Source: a virus (lineage: Duplodnaviria; Heunggongvirae; Uroviricota; Caudoviricetes). From it: DNA of 32,492 bases. Each line of letters begins with the position of its first letter. Within the stretch, counting starts at the first letter, position 1. Of the stretch, positions 1 to 8,917 are shown in pieces. The DNA lies in IMG/VR virus record IMGVR_UViG_2744054675_000007, positions 1-32,492 of that record. One strand, written 5' to 3'. The notes below the pieces were generated by a model. It searched no databases. It was not told the origin of the DNA and worked only from the letters and a program-made list of their open reading frames with translations. A program made the translations under genes and the position numbers.

Positions 1-1254
1 ATGCTGGAACAAATGGGCATTGCCGCGAAGCAAGCCTCGTATAAATTAGCGCAACTCTCCAGCCGCGAAAAAAATCGTGTGCTGGAAAAAATCGCCGATG
101 AACTGGAAGCACAAAGCGAAAGTATCCTCAACGCTAACGCGCAGGATGTTGCAGACGCGTGTGCCAATGGCCTTAGCGAAGCGATGCTTGACCGTCTGGC
201 ACTGACGCCCGCACGGCTGAAAGGCATTGCCGACGATGTGCGCCAGGTGTGCAATCTCGCCGATCCGGTGGGGCAGGTAATCGATGGCGGCGTACTGGAC
301 AGCGGCCTGCGTCTTGAGCGTCGTCGCGTACCGCTGGGGGTGATTGGCGTGATTTATGAAGCGCGCCCGAACGTGACGGTTGATGTTGCTTCCCTGTGCC
401 TGAAAACCGGTAACGCGGTGATCCTGCGCGGCGGCAAAGAAACCTGTCGCACTAACGCTGCAACGGTAGCGGTGATTCAGGACGCCCTGAAATCCTGCGG
501 CTTACCGGCGGGTGCCGTGCAGGCAATTGATAATCCTGACCGTGCGCTGGTCAGTGAAATGCTGCGTATGGATAAATACATCGACATGCTGATCCCGCGC
601 GGTGGGGCTGGTTTGCATAAACTGTGCCGCGAGCAGTCGACAATCCCGGTGATCACAGGCGGTATAGGCGTATGCCATATTTACGTTGATGAAAGCGCAG
701 AGATCGCTGAAGCATTAAAAGTGATCGTCAACGCGAAAACTCAGCGACCGAGCACATGTAATACGGTAGAAACGTTGCTGGTAAATAAAAACATCGCAGA
801 TAGCTTCCTGCCCGCATTAAGCAAACAAATGGCGGAAAGCGGCGTGACGTTACACGCTGATGCAGCCGCGCTGGCGCAGTTGCAGGCAGGCCCCGCGAAG
901 GTGGTGGCTGTTAAAGCCGAAGAGTATGACGATGAGTTTCTGTCATTAGATTTGAACGTCAAAATCGTTAGCGATCTGGATGACGCCATTGCCCATATTC
1001 GTGAACACGGCACGCAACACTCCGATGCGATCCTGACCCGCGATATGCGCAACGCCCAGCGTTTTGTTAACGAAGTGGATTCCTCCGCTGTTTACGTTAA
1101 CGCCTCTACGCGTTTTACCGACGGCGGCCAGTTTGGTCTGGGGGCGGAAGTTGCGGTAAGCACACAAAAACTCCACGCGCGCGGCCCAATGGGGCTGGAA
1201 GCTCTGACCACTTACAAGTGGATCGGCATTGGTGATTACACCATTCGTGCGTAA
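1..1254 (+). CDS. proA: gamma-glutamyl phosphate reductase, complete 417 aa
   Basis: Full-length ORF whose translation matches enterobacterial ProA as I recall it along its whole length; sits immediately upstream of the thrW-type tRNA as in E. coli. Confidence 0.93.
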   Translation: MLEQMGIAAKQASYKLAQLSSREKNRVLEKIADELEAQSESILNANAQDVADACANGLSEAMLDRLALTPARLKGIADDVRQVCNLADPVGQVIDGGVLDSGLRLERRRVPLGVIGVIYEARPNVTVDVASLCLKTGNAVILRGGKETCRTNAATVAVIQDALKSCGLPAGAVQAIDNPDRALVSEMLRMDKYIDMLIPRGGAGLHKLCREQSTIPVITGGIGVCHIYVDESAEIAEALKVIVNAKTQRPSTCNTVETLLVNKNIADSFLPALSKQMAESGVTLHADAAALAQLQAGPAKVVAVKAEEYDDEFLSLDLNVKIVSDLDDAIAHIREHGTQHSDAILTRDMRNAQRFVNEVDSSAVYVNASTRFTDGGQFGLGAEVAVSTQKLHARGPMGLEALTTYKWIGIGDYTIRA

Positions 1255-1368
1255 ATAAAACCGGGTGATGCAAAAGTAGCCATTTGATTCACAAGGCCAT
1301 TGACGCATCGCCCGGTTAGTTTTAACCTTGTCCACCGTGATTCACGTTCGTGAACATGTTCTTTCAGG

Positions 1369-1444
1369 GCCGATATAGCTCAGTTGGTAGAGCAGCGCAT
1401 TCGTAATGCGAAGGTCGTAGGTTCGACTCCTATTATCGGCACCA
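1369..1444 (+). tRNA. thrW: tRNA-Thr, anticodon CGT (thrW-type); its 3' end is the likely prophage attachment core
   Basis: 76 nt GCCGATATAGCTCAGTTGGTAGAGCAGCGCATTCGTAATGCGAAGGTCGTAGGTTCGACTCCTATTATCGGCACCA; folds as a cloverleaf with anticodon loop TTCGTAA and a 3' CCA. Confidence 0.85.
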
Positions 1445-1458
1445 TTTAAATCAATGAG

Positions 1459-2619
1459 TTACCTCACATTTAAGTAAACTACGTTCTCCTCTTGTGCCGT
1501 ATTTGTGCCATTGCGACTTATAATCGCATCGATTTTGCTCGCGTGCTCGGTGAGATGCCCGGCTGAAAGGTGAGCGTATCTTTGAACCATTTCGAGAGTT
1601 TCCCATCCACCCATCTCTTTAAGTGCAAGAAGAGAGACTCCGGACTGAACCAGCCAGCTTGCCCAGGTGTGTCTCAGGTCATGGAATCGGAAGTTGCTAA
1701 TGCCTGCCCGCTTTAACGCTCCCTTCCATGCTTTGTTGCTATCGGTTCTCATCTTCCTTACCGCAGCTGTTTTTGTTCCGTCGCTTCGGTAGGCAGGTTT
1801 GGTGTGGACAAATACCCATCTCTTATGGAGCCCCTGCTGTTTTCTTAATATCTGGCATGCGGTTTCGTTAAGAGGAACTCCGATCGCATTGCCAGCTTTT
1901 GTTTCATCAGGGTGCATCCATGCCATTTTCTTATCCAGATCGACCTGTGACCACTCAAGGTCTGTAACGTTGGAACGGCGAAGGCCTGTCGTGATTGCAA
2001 ACATGACCACAGGGAAGAAATGAGGAGCAATTTCTGCAAACAGGCGCTTCGATTCCTCCTCTGTAAGCCATCTAATGCGTCCATTCTTAACGCGTGGTGT
2101 TGATATTTTGGGAGCCCTGTCAAGCCATCCCCATTCAACAGCCATATTGAGAATAGCGCGAAGTATTGCCAGATGTCGCGTCTTCGTTCCTTTGCTTGCC
2201 AGCTTTGGTTTATACTCCGGCACTGGCTTGCCAATCCGCAAACACCTGTCCCGGCTCATTTCCCAGTTCAGGCGATGGCGGCGGTTTTCCATCCCGTCTA
2301 CCGCCTCCATTATTTTTTCTGTTGTTATGTCAGAGAGAATGGTTTCTCTGAAGTGCAACATCCAGAACGATATAATGCTCTTGTCATCATCAATGGACTT
2401 CTTATCCGATTTCTCACGCAGCCACCGTATGCAGGCTTCCTTGAATAGCTTTTTCGGCGATTCCCCGAGATTTTTTACTCTCCACGCTTCTGCTTTCAGA
2501 CGATCGTGAAGTTCTTGCGCTTGCCTTTTGTCCGATGTTTCAAGAGAGCGCCTAACTCTTGATCCATCTGGCGCGACGAAATCGCAGTGCCACGTGCCAC
2601 CGCGTAGTTTGATTGACAT
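1459..2619 (-). CDS. int: phage integrase, tyrosine recombinase
   Basis: 386 aa ORF; C-terminal catalytic region with the R...HDLRHTWASW...RYAHL (H-x-x-R ... Y) tyrosine recombinase signature; AGGAGG RBS upstream of the ATG at 2619; adjacent to the tRNA. Confidence 0.9.
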   Translation of the reverse strand: MSIKLRGGTWHCDFVAPDGSRVRRSLETSDKRQAQELHDRLKAEAWRVKNLGESPKKLFKEACIRWLREKSDKKSIDDDKSIISFWMLHFRETILSDITTEKIMEAVDGMENRRHRLNWEMSRDRCLRIGKPVPEYKPKLASKGTKTRHLAILRAILNMAVEWGWLDRAPKISTPRVKNGRIRWLTEEESKRLFAEIAPHFFPVVMFAITTGLRRSNVTDLEWSQVDLDKKMAWMHPDETKAGNAIGVPLNETACQILRKQQGLHKRWVFVHTKPAYRSDGTKTAAVRKMRTDSNKAWKGALKRAGISNFRFHDLRHTWASWLVQSGVSLLALKEMGGWETLEMVQRYAHLSAGHLTEHASKIDAIISRNGTNTAQEENVVYLNVR

Positions 2620-2843
2620 GCTTTAACCTCCTGCACATCAACCGCATTCACCGCGCTATTGTGTCCCACAGACTTAAGCGCCGCAATGCAGTCTGACTTG
2701 CAAATGCGATATGGACTTTTAGGTTTATCTGGATTTATCTTTGCGGCCTGAAGTCGTCCACTTCGTATCCACTGTGTGATAGTGCCTTTGTCTACCTTCA
2801 GATACGACGCAGCTTCTTCACGAGTGAAGATTTCTTCTTCCAC
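2496..2843 (-). CDS. xis: excisionase-like DNA-binding protein, about 115 aa, GTG start
   Basis: HTH-like segment EEAASYLKVDKGTITQWIRSGRL; GGAGA RBS 6 nt upstream of GTG at 2843; 3' end overlaps the int start as is common for xis-int pairs. The track ORF 2496..2915 has an unsupported N-terminal extension. Confidence 0.55.
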   Translation of the reverse strand: MEEEIFTREEAASYLKVDKGTITQWIRSGRLQAAKINPDKPKSPYRICKSDCIAALKSVGHNSAVNAVDVQEVKACQSNYAVARGTAISSRQMDQELGALLKHRTKGKRKNFTIV

Positions 2844-2942
2844 CTGGAATCTCCATTTATTGGATTGACATGATTGCTGTAGGTCTGGATATCTTGAGAA
2901 ATGAACAGGCCTCATCGAGTGTGAGGCTGTGTTATTTCATGG

Positions 2943-3287
2943 TTAGTCCTTGCGTAGCTCGCTGATTCTTCTGTAAGTCTCTGGCGCTTTGTTCCCGTGT
3001 ATCTTCATTTCAGACTTCAACAGAGCAACGAGGGAATCCCATTCGTTGAGGATGCCTTTGAATGCCGGAACGCGCTTTGCAACCTTGTTGAATGAATCTC
3101 TGATTTCTGGAATCTGCTCAACAAGTGCAACGCATCGCCGGAAGTCTGCTACGTCATATGGAGCGTCGAAGTGATGACCATAGATATTCTTTTTCAGTCC
3201 ACATGCGATTGAGGCAAGAGTTGCGCTACTGATGCCGACATCGCCTGTCGATTGCCATTTCAAAACCTTCATAGCTAAATCTGACAT
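2943..3287 (-). CDS. hypothetical protein, 114 aa
   Basis: ORF with GGAGA RBS before the ATG at 3287 (MSDLAMKVLK...); a terminator hairpin lies immediately upstream. Confidence 0.55.
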   Translation of the reverse strand: MSDLAMKVLKWQSTGDVGISSATLASIACGLKKNIYGHHFDAPYDVADFRRCVALVEQIPEIRDSFNKVAKRVPAFKGILNEWDSLVALLKSEMKIHGNKAPETYRRISELRKD

Positions 3288-3295
3288 TTCTTGTC

Positions 3296-3322
3296 TCCAA
3301 TAAAAAACCGCCATCAGGCGGC
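3296..3322 (-). terminator. rho-independent terminator-like hairpin directly followed by the RBS of the 2943..3287 gene
   Basis: Minus-strand GCCGCC-TGAT-GGCGG followed by TTTTTTATT, then GGAGACAAGAA-ATG. Confidence 0.5.
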
Positions 3323-3353
3323 TTGGTGTTCTTTCAGTTCTATTGGTTACGTC

Positions 3354-3665
3354 TTATTCGATGCGCACTCCTGGTATTTCGCCTTTTGATATTGCTAAGT
3401 CATAAATTTGCGCGGCACTATACCCATCTCGCATCCATGAATCTAAGGCGCGAACAGCCTGGCTACGCTTTTTATCTTCTCTCTCATTTTTGATATCAAC
3501 GAGGACATCAACGCAATTAAGGCAAATGTGGATTTTGTCCTTACATTCGATCATGGCGGCTTTGCCATGATTTCCGCCACACAGTGAGCATAAATCTTCA
3601 GGGTCTGGCTGGTATTGCTGTAATGTTAGAGGGTTGAATGTTGAACAGACCATAATCATCTCCAT
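3354..3665 (-). CDS. hypothetical protein with putative zinc-ribbon (CxxC...CxxC)
   Basis: 103 aa ORF containing CSLCGG ... CLNC cysteine pairs; sits in the int-proximal accessory region. Confidence 0.55.
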   Translation of the reverse strand: MEMIMVCSTFNPLTLQQYQPDPEDLCSLCGGNHGKAAMIECKDKIHICLNCVDVLVDIKNEREDKKRSQAVRALDSWMRDGYSAAQIYDLAISKGEIPGVRIE

Positions 3666-3724
3666 AAAACAAAACCCGCCATAGCGAGTTCAGATAAAAG
3701 AAATCCCCGCGAGTGCGAGGATTG

Positions 3725-4009
3725 TTATTCATTGCCGATATTCACCTTTATCGCGAACACCTTTACCGGTTTATCACCGAAGTGCGGATGTGTGATTGTC
3801 TTGATTTCATATCCGTCATACGGAACATCAATTCTGCGGCTGGAATCGTCGCGCTTCGGATATCCCTTTGTGATAATCAGTCGGTCATACTCCCGGAACA
3901 TAATTCGCTTATTCCAGTAGTCATTACACAGGCGATACTCTTCCGTTTTATCTCCGCGAATCATGGCATCGAAGTATTCACCTTTAACGGCAAGTTGCAG
4001 ATTAGCCAC
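3725..4009 (-). CDS. hypothetical protein, possible ASCH/PUA-like fold, GTG start
   Basis: GGAGG RBS followed by GTG at 4009 (VANLQLAVKGEYFDAMIRGDKTEEYRL...); start overlaps the stop of the upstream gene; domain call is from the motif pattern only. Confidence 0.45.
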   Translation of the reverse strand: MANLQLAVKGEYFDAMIRGDKTEEYRLCNDYWNKRIMFREYDRLIITKGYPKRDDSSRRIDVPYDGYEIKTITHPHFGDKPVKVFAIKVNIGNE

Positions 4010-4721
4010 GGTTAACCTCCTGAGGCGGTTCTGGTAGAGGCATCCAGTGTGTGACATTGCTAATCAGACCATATTCATTAGTTTGAGGATGGTTGCCGTT
4101 ATCGTCTCCGTATTTAAGACTCTCCATAAAGCCATAATGCCTATCACCATTAACGCTCACAAAGCCGTAATAAGCAGGTATAACGCCGATCTCACACGTA
4201 ACCAGTAAAGGAAAACTAGTTCTCCAATTTAGCTCGCCGATTACAGGCATCTGCTCACTACAGCTTATCCAACCATCCGGAGTTACCGGAGAGTTGCCAG
4301 CCTTACGCATGGCGGCGCGGCAGGCTTCATCAACCATAGCTTCTACGTTTTCGAGAAGTACGTAACTGTACTGCTGCCCGCTAACCCATTCTTTTCTGCG
4401 AGGTAATGCGCGTGGGTCCGCTACAATGGATCGCAAACGTTCCAGAACAGCTGGCACATCCGGCGCTGGCGGGGCGGCGTATACTTCAATTGTCCCATTA
4501 TCAATAGGCCACTCCCCATCCTTGATGTAGTCACTTGTGCCGTCAACTTGCTGTTCTGCAATGTGGAATGCACCTATTGGTTTTGCTTCCAGCGATGCCA
4601 GCGCAATTCGTGCCAGTTCTTTAAGATTTTCGCTATATGGTGAAGTATTATCACGGTTGATTACGTGATTAGCTGTATCTATGAGAACTTGCTTTTGTTC
4701 TTCTCTGTTCATAGTGGTCAT
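4002..4721 (-). CDS. hypothetical phage protein with C-terminal DUF551-like region
   Basis: AAGGAGAG RBS before ATG at 4721 (MTTMNREEQ...); C-terminal W/G/Y-rich segment resembles DUF551 as I recall it; the track ORF extends further upstream without RBS support. Confidence 0.5.
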   Translation of the reverse strand: MTTMNREEQKQVLIDTANHVINRDNTSPYSENLKELARIALASLEAKPIGAFHIAEQQVDGTSDYIKDGEWPIDNGTIEVYAAPPAPDVPAVLERLRSIVADPRALPRRKEWVSGQQYSYVLLENVEAMVDEACRAAMRKAGNSPVTPDGWISCSEQMPVIGELNWRTSFPLLVTCEIGVIPAYYGFVSVNGDRHYGFMESLKYGDDNGNHPQTNEYGLISNVTHWMPLPEPPQEVNRG

Positions 4722-4812
4722 CTCACTCTCCTTTGATGCGAATGCCAGGGGCGCGTGGCACATTAACTTCCACGATGCGCACAGTTGGTTTGTACATCTC
4801 AATCGCTGTCAG

Positions 4813-5364
4813 CTAGTCAGCGCCGGTCATATGCTTTTCTGCATCGCCATTAGTCCATTGAACCGGCACACCAATAGCTTTCATCGCAATTTCTATTTCC
4901 CCGGCAATGGCGCTTTTCCCGCAACCAGTAAAACCAGAGACAACGACAAGAACTTCGCCTTTGGCTGGTTTTATTTCCCGCGCTTCCAGTTCTGCTATGC
5001 GCTTTTTTGCTGCTTCCAGCTTCTTGTAAAGAGCATCCCAACTTGTCGAGTTATCCATAACCAGCTTTGTAACCCGCTCTTCGCGTGATTTGTAATACTC
5101 CAGCTCATCCAGCAGTGCCAGCGCAACATTTGGATTAAAAGCAGCAATAAATTCAGCGTTTGCATAAGCCTGAACATCTGTTTCAACCAGGCAGTTAACA
5201 TGACATTCCGCAATCACACCACCGGGTTCTCCTTTCCATTTTTGACAAACAAAAACTCCTGTTAAATTGCCGTGCTGGTTAACAGATGTATGCCCTACGA
5301 TGTAGCTTCCTTTAGTTGCTTTCTCTGCCTTTTCACGCAGTGCCTGATAGTCAATTTCGCTCAC
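4813..5364 (-). CDS. hypothetical early protein, possibly Ead/Ea22-like, GTG start
   Basis: AAGGAGG RBS before GTG at 5364 (VSEIDYQALREKAEK...); the longer track ORF (to 5556) would overlap lar in another frame. Confidence 0.45.
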   Translation of the reverse strand: MSEIDYQALREKAEKATKGSYIVGHTSVNQHGNLTGVFVCQKWKGEPGGVIAECHVNCLVETDVQAYANAEFIAAFNPNVALALLDELEYYKSREERVTKLVMDNSTSWDALYKKLEAAKKRIAELEAREIKPAKGEVLVVVSGFTGCGKSAIAGEIEIAMKAIGVPVQWTNGDAEKHMTGAD

Positions 5365-5584
5365 TGTTTGCCTCCTTTGCTCGCTGATTCCACTCTGCTC
5401 TAACCTCTGAATAAAAAATCGCACAGTCATTTCCAGGCGCTGCATATTTGCTACCAGATTGAGCGCGACACGTACCGCATCGAACGAAATAGAATCGACC
5501 GCCAGAGCCATATTCAGGGTGATCTGCTTCACTGGCAACGTGCGCTGCGCCGCCACAGAATGGACATGGTAGTAGGTTGCTCAT
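5351..5584 (-). CDS. lar: Lar-family restriction alleviation protein (anti-restriction)
   Basis: [12 protein letters not shown]... N-terminus with the CPFCGG plus later CGTC cysteine pattern typical of the Lar family; ATG overlaps the stop of the upstream gene in an ATGA. Confidence 0.65.
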   Translation of the reverse strand: MSNLLPCPFCGGAAHVASEADHPEYGSGGRFYFVRCGTCRAQSGSKYAAPGNDCAIFYSEVRAEWNQRAKEANSERN

Positions 5585-6198
5585 GAATGTACTCCCTTGC
5601 GAAGTTGGTCTGCACAATGCAGCAGGGCATCCGTCGCTTCTTTCACCGTAACGATGTCGCCATCGTCCAGCCCGACAACCGTCGCGTCCTTAACGAACAC
5701 CGAGCAAAGGTCATTAAACGCCTTAGCCCGCACTTCAGCCAGGAAGGCGTCAACCTGCGGAGTTTGCACTGTGATGCTGTCACGCAGGATGAAGTAAGCG
5801 TTAAGCATTCCGGTTTCAGGCATCTCCTCTGCATTAAATGCATCGATTGCAGCATCCATTACAGGGCCAAGTGGTTGAGGGTGTGCGCTACGGATAGCAT
5901 CACATTCAGCTATGATAGATTTGATTTTATCTACCAGGTCAGATGGTGACACGTCGTCAGCTGACCGATTAAACCCAAGCACCTCCCGAACTGCGCAAGA
6001 TTCCGACATTCTTTGGTCGGCTTGCCCTGCTGACATTGAGTAGCGAGCATTCTCCGCCGCCAGCGCCGAAATCTTAGCCTCCGCTTCAGCAAATTTACGC
6101 ACCAGATATTCAGCGTTTGTTTCGTTAACCTTTAAATCTCGTGGAATGCATTTACCTTTCAGAAAACCATCCATCTCAATTAGTGACATTTGTTTCAT
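5581..6198 (-). CDS. hypothetical protein, 205 aa
   Basis: Long ORF; ATGA start/stop overlap with the upstream small ORF and with lar downstream indicates a translationally coupled operon. Confidence 0.6.
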   Translation of the reverse strand: MKQMSLIEMDGFLKGKCIPRDLKVNETNAEYLVRKFAEAEAKISALAAENARYSMSAGQADQRMSESCAVREVLGFNRSADDVSPSDLVDKIKSIIAECDAIRSAHPQPLGPVMDAAIDAFNAEEMPETGMLNAYFILRDSITVQTPQVDAFLAEVRAKAFNDLCSVFVKDATVVGLDDGDIVTVKEATDALLHCADQLRKGVHS

Positions 6199-6359
6199 TT
6201 TTTCCCACTCCGCAACATCGCATTCAGATATTTGTTGTCATTAACAGAACCGAAACTATTTCTTTTAAGCAATTCCTCTCTCGATGGCATTGGCTTTACG
6301 CGTTGGCGAATAATCATTTCTGCAGGAAGAATGCCGGGGTTGTATGCAAGTCCTCTCAT
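6195..6359 (-). CDS. small hypothetical protein, 54 aa, below the ORF-track size cut-off
   Basis: [57 protein letters not shown]; ATGA overlaps at both ends with flanking genes. Confidence 0.35.
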   Translation of the reverse strand: MRGLAYNPGILPAEMIIRQRVKPMPSREELLKRNSFGSVNDNKYLNAMLRSGKK

Positions 6360-6637
6360 GATTTACTCTCCACGAACTGGTCAATAGCCATGCTAAGTGA
6401 CACACCTAAAGTCTCGATATGCTGCTGAATATCCTGTAGCGTCTGCGCCTGAGATAACAGGATTTCACGGTTGCATAACTCTTTAACCAGATGCTCAAAC
6501 TTGCTGTAATAACCGATACGGCTTAGTGTTTCTTTCCCTGCATTATCACCTTCTTTAATAATTCCTCTTTCACTAAGAATCAGGTCGTGTTTTGTTCCGG
6601 TAATAACGTATTTGCCTAGGTCGATGTTTAGCTTCAT
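6356..6637 (-). CDS. hypothetical protein, 93 aa
   Basis: ORF with GGAG RBS upstream of ATG at 6637; part of the coupled leftward operon. Confidence 0.55.
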   Translation of the reverse strand: MKLNIDLGKYVITGTKHDLILSERGIIKEGDNAGKETLSRIGYYSKFEHLVKELCNREILLSQAQTLQDIQQHIETLGVSLSMAIDQFVESKS

Positions 6638-6653
6638 TGTTAATTACTCCATG

Positions 6654-6968
6654 TTAATTTATTCGTATGCCTTCTCTTTCTTCATCGAGTTTTTTTAGCT
6701 TGTATCGCATAGCTCTTACTGAATAAATTGAGCGGCAGGTTGCAATTGCTATTTCTTCTGCGGAGAACTTACCGAAAAGTGATACTTCGGCTCTTGTCCA
6801 GCGTCTTCCACGAAGTCGGCTAACAATGTCAGCGCCAATCCTTGTTGCTTTCGCCATTACTGCTTTTTCAGTCCTTTCCAGTTTTTCAGCGATAACTTCA
6901 ACTGGCATTGTTGCCGCTACTTCGCGCAAGAAATCGACTTCCCATTTCTCCCAAGGAGTCTTTTTCAT
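6654..6968 (-). CDS. hypothetical protein, 104 aa, two W-containing helix-rich repeats (possible HTH/Myb-like)
   Basis: ORF immediately downstream of the Gp157-like gene in the same orientation. Confidence 0.5.
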   Translation of the reverse strand: MKKTPWEKWEVDFLREVAATMPVEVIAEKLERTEKAVMAKATRIGADIVSRLRGRRWTRAEVSLFGKFSAEEIAIATCRSIYSVRAMRYKLKKLDEEREGIRIN

Positions 6969-6979
6969 AGGCGATACCG

Positions 6980-7468
6980 TTATTTGATAAGAAGTGAAGG
7001 TTTCCCAACTTTGAGTTGAGCGCCGGGGATATTTATTCCTGCTTTTAGTTGGTGTTTGATTGCCAGTTTGTCGGCTTTAATTGTCGTTTCAAACTCAACG
7101 TATTCAGGAGGAAGGGCGCTTGAGTCGATGATTTCTACAGTTTCTGACGGTTTGCGGATTGTTACCTGGTGAATACCTGCTCGAATCTTTTTCTTGCCAA
7201 CCATTTCAAGCGATGACGCTATATATGATTTGATGCTGTCAATCTTATTTTGAATTACTTCGGCTCGCTCATTTAGTGACTTTGCCTCTTCCTTGAGGCG
7301 CTCAGCATAACCAGATTCATTTTTGATGACGGAAAGAAGTTGCTCTATTTTATCGGTAAATTCTCCTTCCATGCCTTCTATTGTGTCAGCAATCATCTCT
7401 GGCTCTAAATCTGAATCCATCAATTTTGCGTATTCATTGGCAATTTCATATAGTTTGCTCACTGGCAA
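6980..7468 (-). CDS. Gp157-family protein, a common RecT/Erf companion in siphophage recombination modules
   Basis: 162 aa ORF beginning MPVSKLYEIANEYAKL...; acidic coiled-coil protein directly downstream of recT. Confidence 0.6.
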   Translation of the reverse strand: MPVSKLYEIANEYAKLMDSDLEPEMIADTIEGMEGEFTDKIEQLLSVIKNESGYAERLKEEAKSLNERAEVIQNKIDSIKSYIASSLEMVGKKKIRAGIHQVTIRKPSETVEIIDSSALPPEYVEFETTIKADKLAIKHQLKAGINIPGAQLKVGKPSLLIK

Positions 7469-8357
7469 CCTCCAGTTTTGCTTTGCATTCTGCGTAAATG
7501 GCTTGTACGTTCTGCTGCAATTTCATTCCAGATGTCAGGCGATATGCTTCTGCAAAATATCGCTTCAAATCATCCATGTTTTCTGCCTGAGCCATTTCAT
7601 CACAAAGAAGTTGTGCTTTTTCCATTATTTCCTGCTGGCGTTTCCGTTCATCTTCGCGGATATCTTCCTCTGATTTGTGCGGCATAACTGGTTCAGTCCA
7701 CACACCTTCTTCTTCGTTTAGTACGTGAATAGCACTATCAAGACGTGATGCCTTAGGCCAATACTTGCTTGCACGCTTTACGACCGTCTTTCGCGCCATC
7801 TCATTCCAGTGATTTACCCATGGTCCTTTATCGCTGAATGCTGCCTTGCTTGTTTTCCTTACAGCCTCAATTTCAGCCAGACTCATCTCTTCCGTTAGAT
7901 AATCACCTGCTGGCGTCTTAACTGTGCAGTAAACGCCAACGATATCACCACGATCACCGAAGGCGTTGTATTTATGGGTTGGTGCTTTATCAAGCCCGTT
8001 TGACTCATAGGTATCGTTAGCATGAACAAGTTTTGCCTGACCCCATGAGATAACACCAGACTCCATTGCAATATGGAGCAATCCCATATAACTGATATCA
8101 AGGCAAACCATGCCGTCGCGCGGAACTAGATAAGCAAGTTTGCTGGCCGGGTTTAAGGTGATGCCGATCGCCGCAACATTGATGATGGCGTTCTGTGCGC
8201 TGGTTGGATTTGCCAGTGCCGTTTTAGCCAGGTAATCGTTTTTCTGGAAATACTGAATTGCAAACTGGCTTTCCTTAGCCCATGTCACCGTCTGTTCAGT
8301 CAATGCTCCGCAGAATAACTGCTCCTGCTGTTTAACGAATTCAACGATATTGCTCAT
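7446..8357 (-). CDS. recT: RecT-family single-strand annealing recombinase
   Basis: 303 aa; segment GPWVNHWNEMARKTVVKRASKYWP matches my recollection of E. coli RecT (GPWVTHWEEMAKKTAIRRLFKYLP). Confidence 0.85.
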   Translation of the reverse strand: MSNIVEFVKQQEQLFCGALTEQTVTWAKESQFAIQYFQKNDYLAKTALANPTSAQNAIINVAAIGITLNPASKLAYLVPRDGMVCLDISYMGLLHIAMESGVISWGQAKLVHANDTYESNGLDKAPTHKYNAFGDRGDIVGVYCTVKTPAGDYLTEEMSLAEIEAVRKTSKAAFSDKGPWVNHWNEMARKTVVKRASKYWPKASRLDSAIHVLNEEEGVWTEPVMPHKSEEDIREDERKRQQEIMEKAQLLCDEMAQAENMDDLKRYFAEAYRLTSGMKLQQNVQAIYAECKAKLEVASEQTI

Positions 8358-8665
8358 GCAGCTTCTCCAAAAATGTGTCTGCGTTTGAATATTGCGAAGG
8401 CATATTCAGCCTTAACTCTTTCGGTTATTGCATCCCAGAACCATTCAGCGGCTTTTTCCTGATAGTTACAGTCATCATCTTCCAGCCAGTCGATAGCGTC
8501 CTTAGTGTGTTCATCTGGTTTATATGAGCGAAGCATTTCGCTTATTGGGTCGCAACGTTTGCAGAGGAGATCAACTTCACTGTTGATTCGCTCGTAATCT
8601 TCATCAGTAAAACTTGCGATTATTTGCGATATTTCACGCTTATCATTCAGAGTCAGAATCATCAT
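8354..8665 (-). CDS. hypothetical protein, 103 aa
   Basis: ORF whose stop overlaps the recT start (ATGA-type coupling). Confidence 0.5.
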   Translation of the reverse strand: MMILTLNDKREISQIIASFTDEDYERINSEVDLLCKRCDPISEMLRSYKPDEHTKDAIDWLEDDDCNYQEKAAEWFWDAITERVKAEYAFAIFKRRHIFGEAA

Positions 8666-8746
8666 CTTTCTCCTGTTCTTTGTGCTGATTGAGCATTTTG
8701 TTCATCTGACGAATGAATTCTTCGTCTGACCAGTTATCTGTAAAAC

Positions 8747-8917
8747 TCATGGGCGGCCTTGTTGTTTCAAAATATCCCAAAGCTTTTCGAGCAAACTTTT
8801 CATTCTTGGTTGTTTAAAGTCTGCTCCGGTTAAAATATTTTTTCGTGAATGCTGTACCGATAAAATCGGGTTGAAAGGGCGAACCGATGCCGCCCCTGCA
8901 ATAGCGAACTGTTGCAT
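8747..8917 (-). CDS. small hypothetical protein, 56 aa, below the ORF-track cut-off
   Basis: AAGGAG RBS 6 nt upstream of ATG at 8917 (MQQFAIAGAASVRPFNPILSV...); stop overlaps the next small ORF start (ATGA). Confidence 0.4.
   Translation of the reverse strand: MQQFAIAGAASVRPFNPILSVQHSRKNILTGADFKQPRMKSLLEKLWDILKQQGRP

Noticed and set aside
741-1335. Minus-strand ORFs 741..1052 and 946..1335 overlapping proA
   Set aside because: Shadow ORFs antisense to a well-supported conserved gene; no RBS support.
1799-2509. Plus-strand ORFs (1799..2023, 2075..2509, 2166..2351, 2173..2448) and minus ORF 1845..2234 inside the integrase gene
   Set aside because: Alternative-frame or antisense ORFs within the integrase CDS; low-complexity translations.
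2844-2915. N-terminal extension of the excisionase ORF to the ATG at 2915
   Set aside because: No RBS before that ATG, whereas a GGAGA RBS precedes the in-frame GTG at 2843, giving a protein of typical excisionase size.
5365-5617. Longer versions of the Ea22-like ORF (to 5556) and of the lar ORF (to 5617)
   Set aside because: The extensions would make two genes overlap extensively out of frame; internal starts with RBS or ATGA coupling (5364 and 5584) are better supported.
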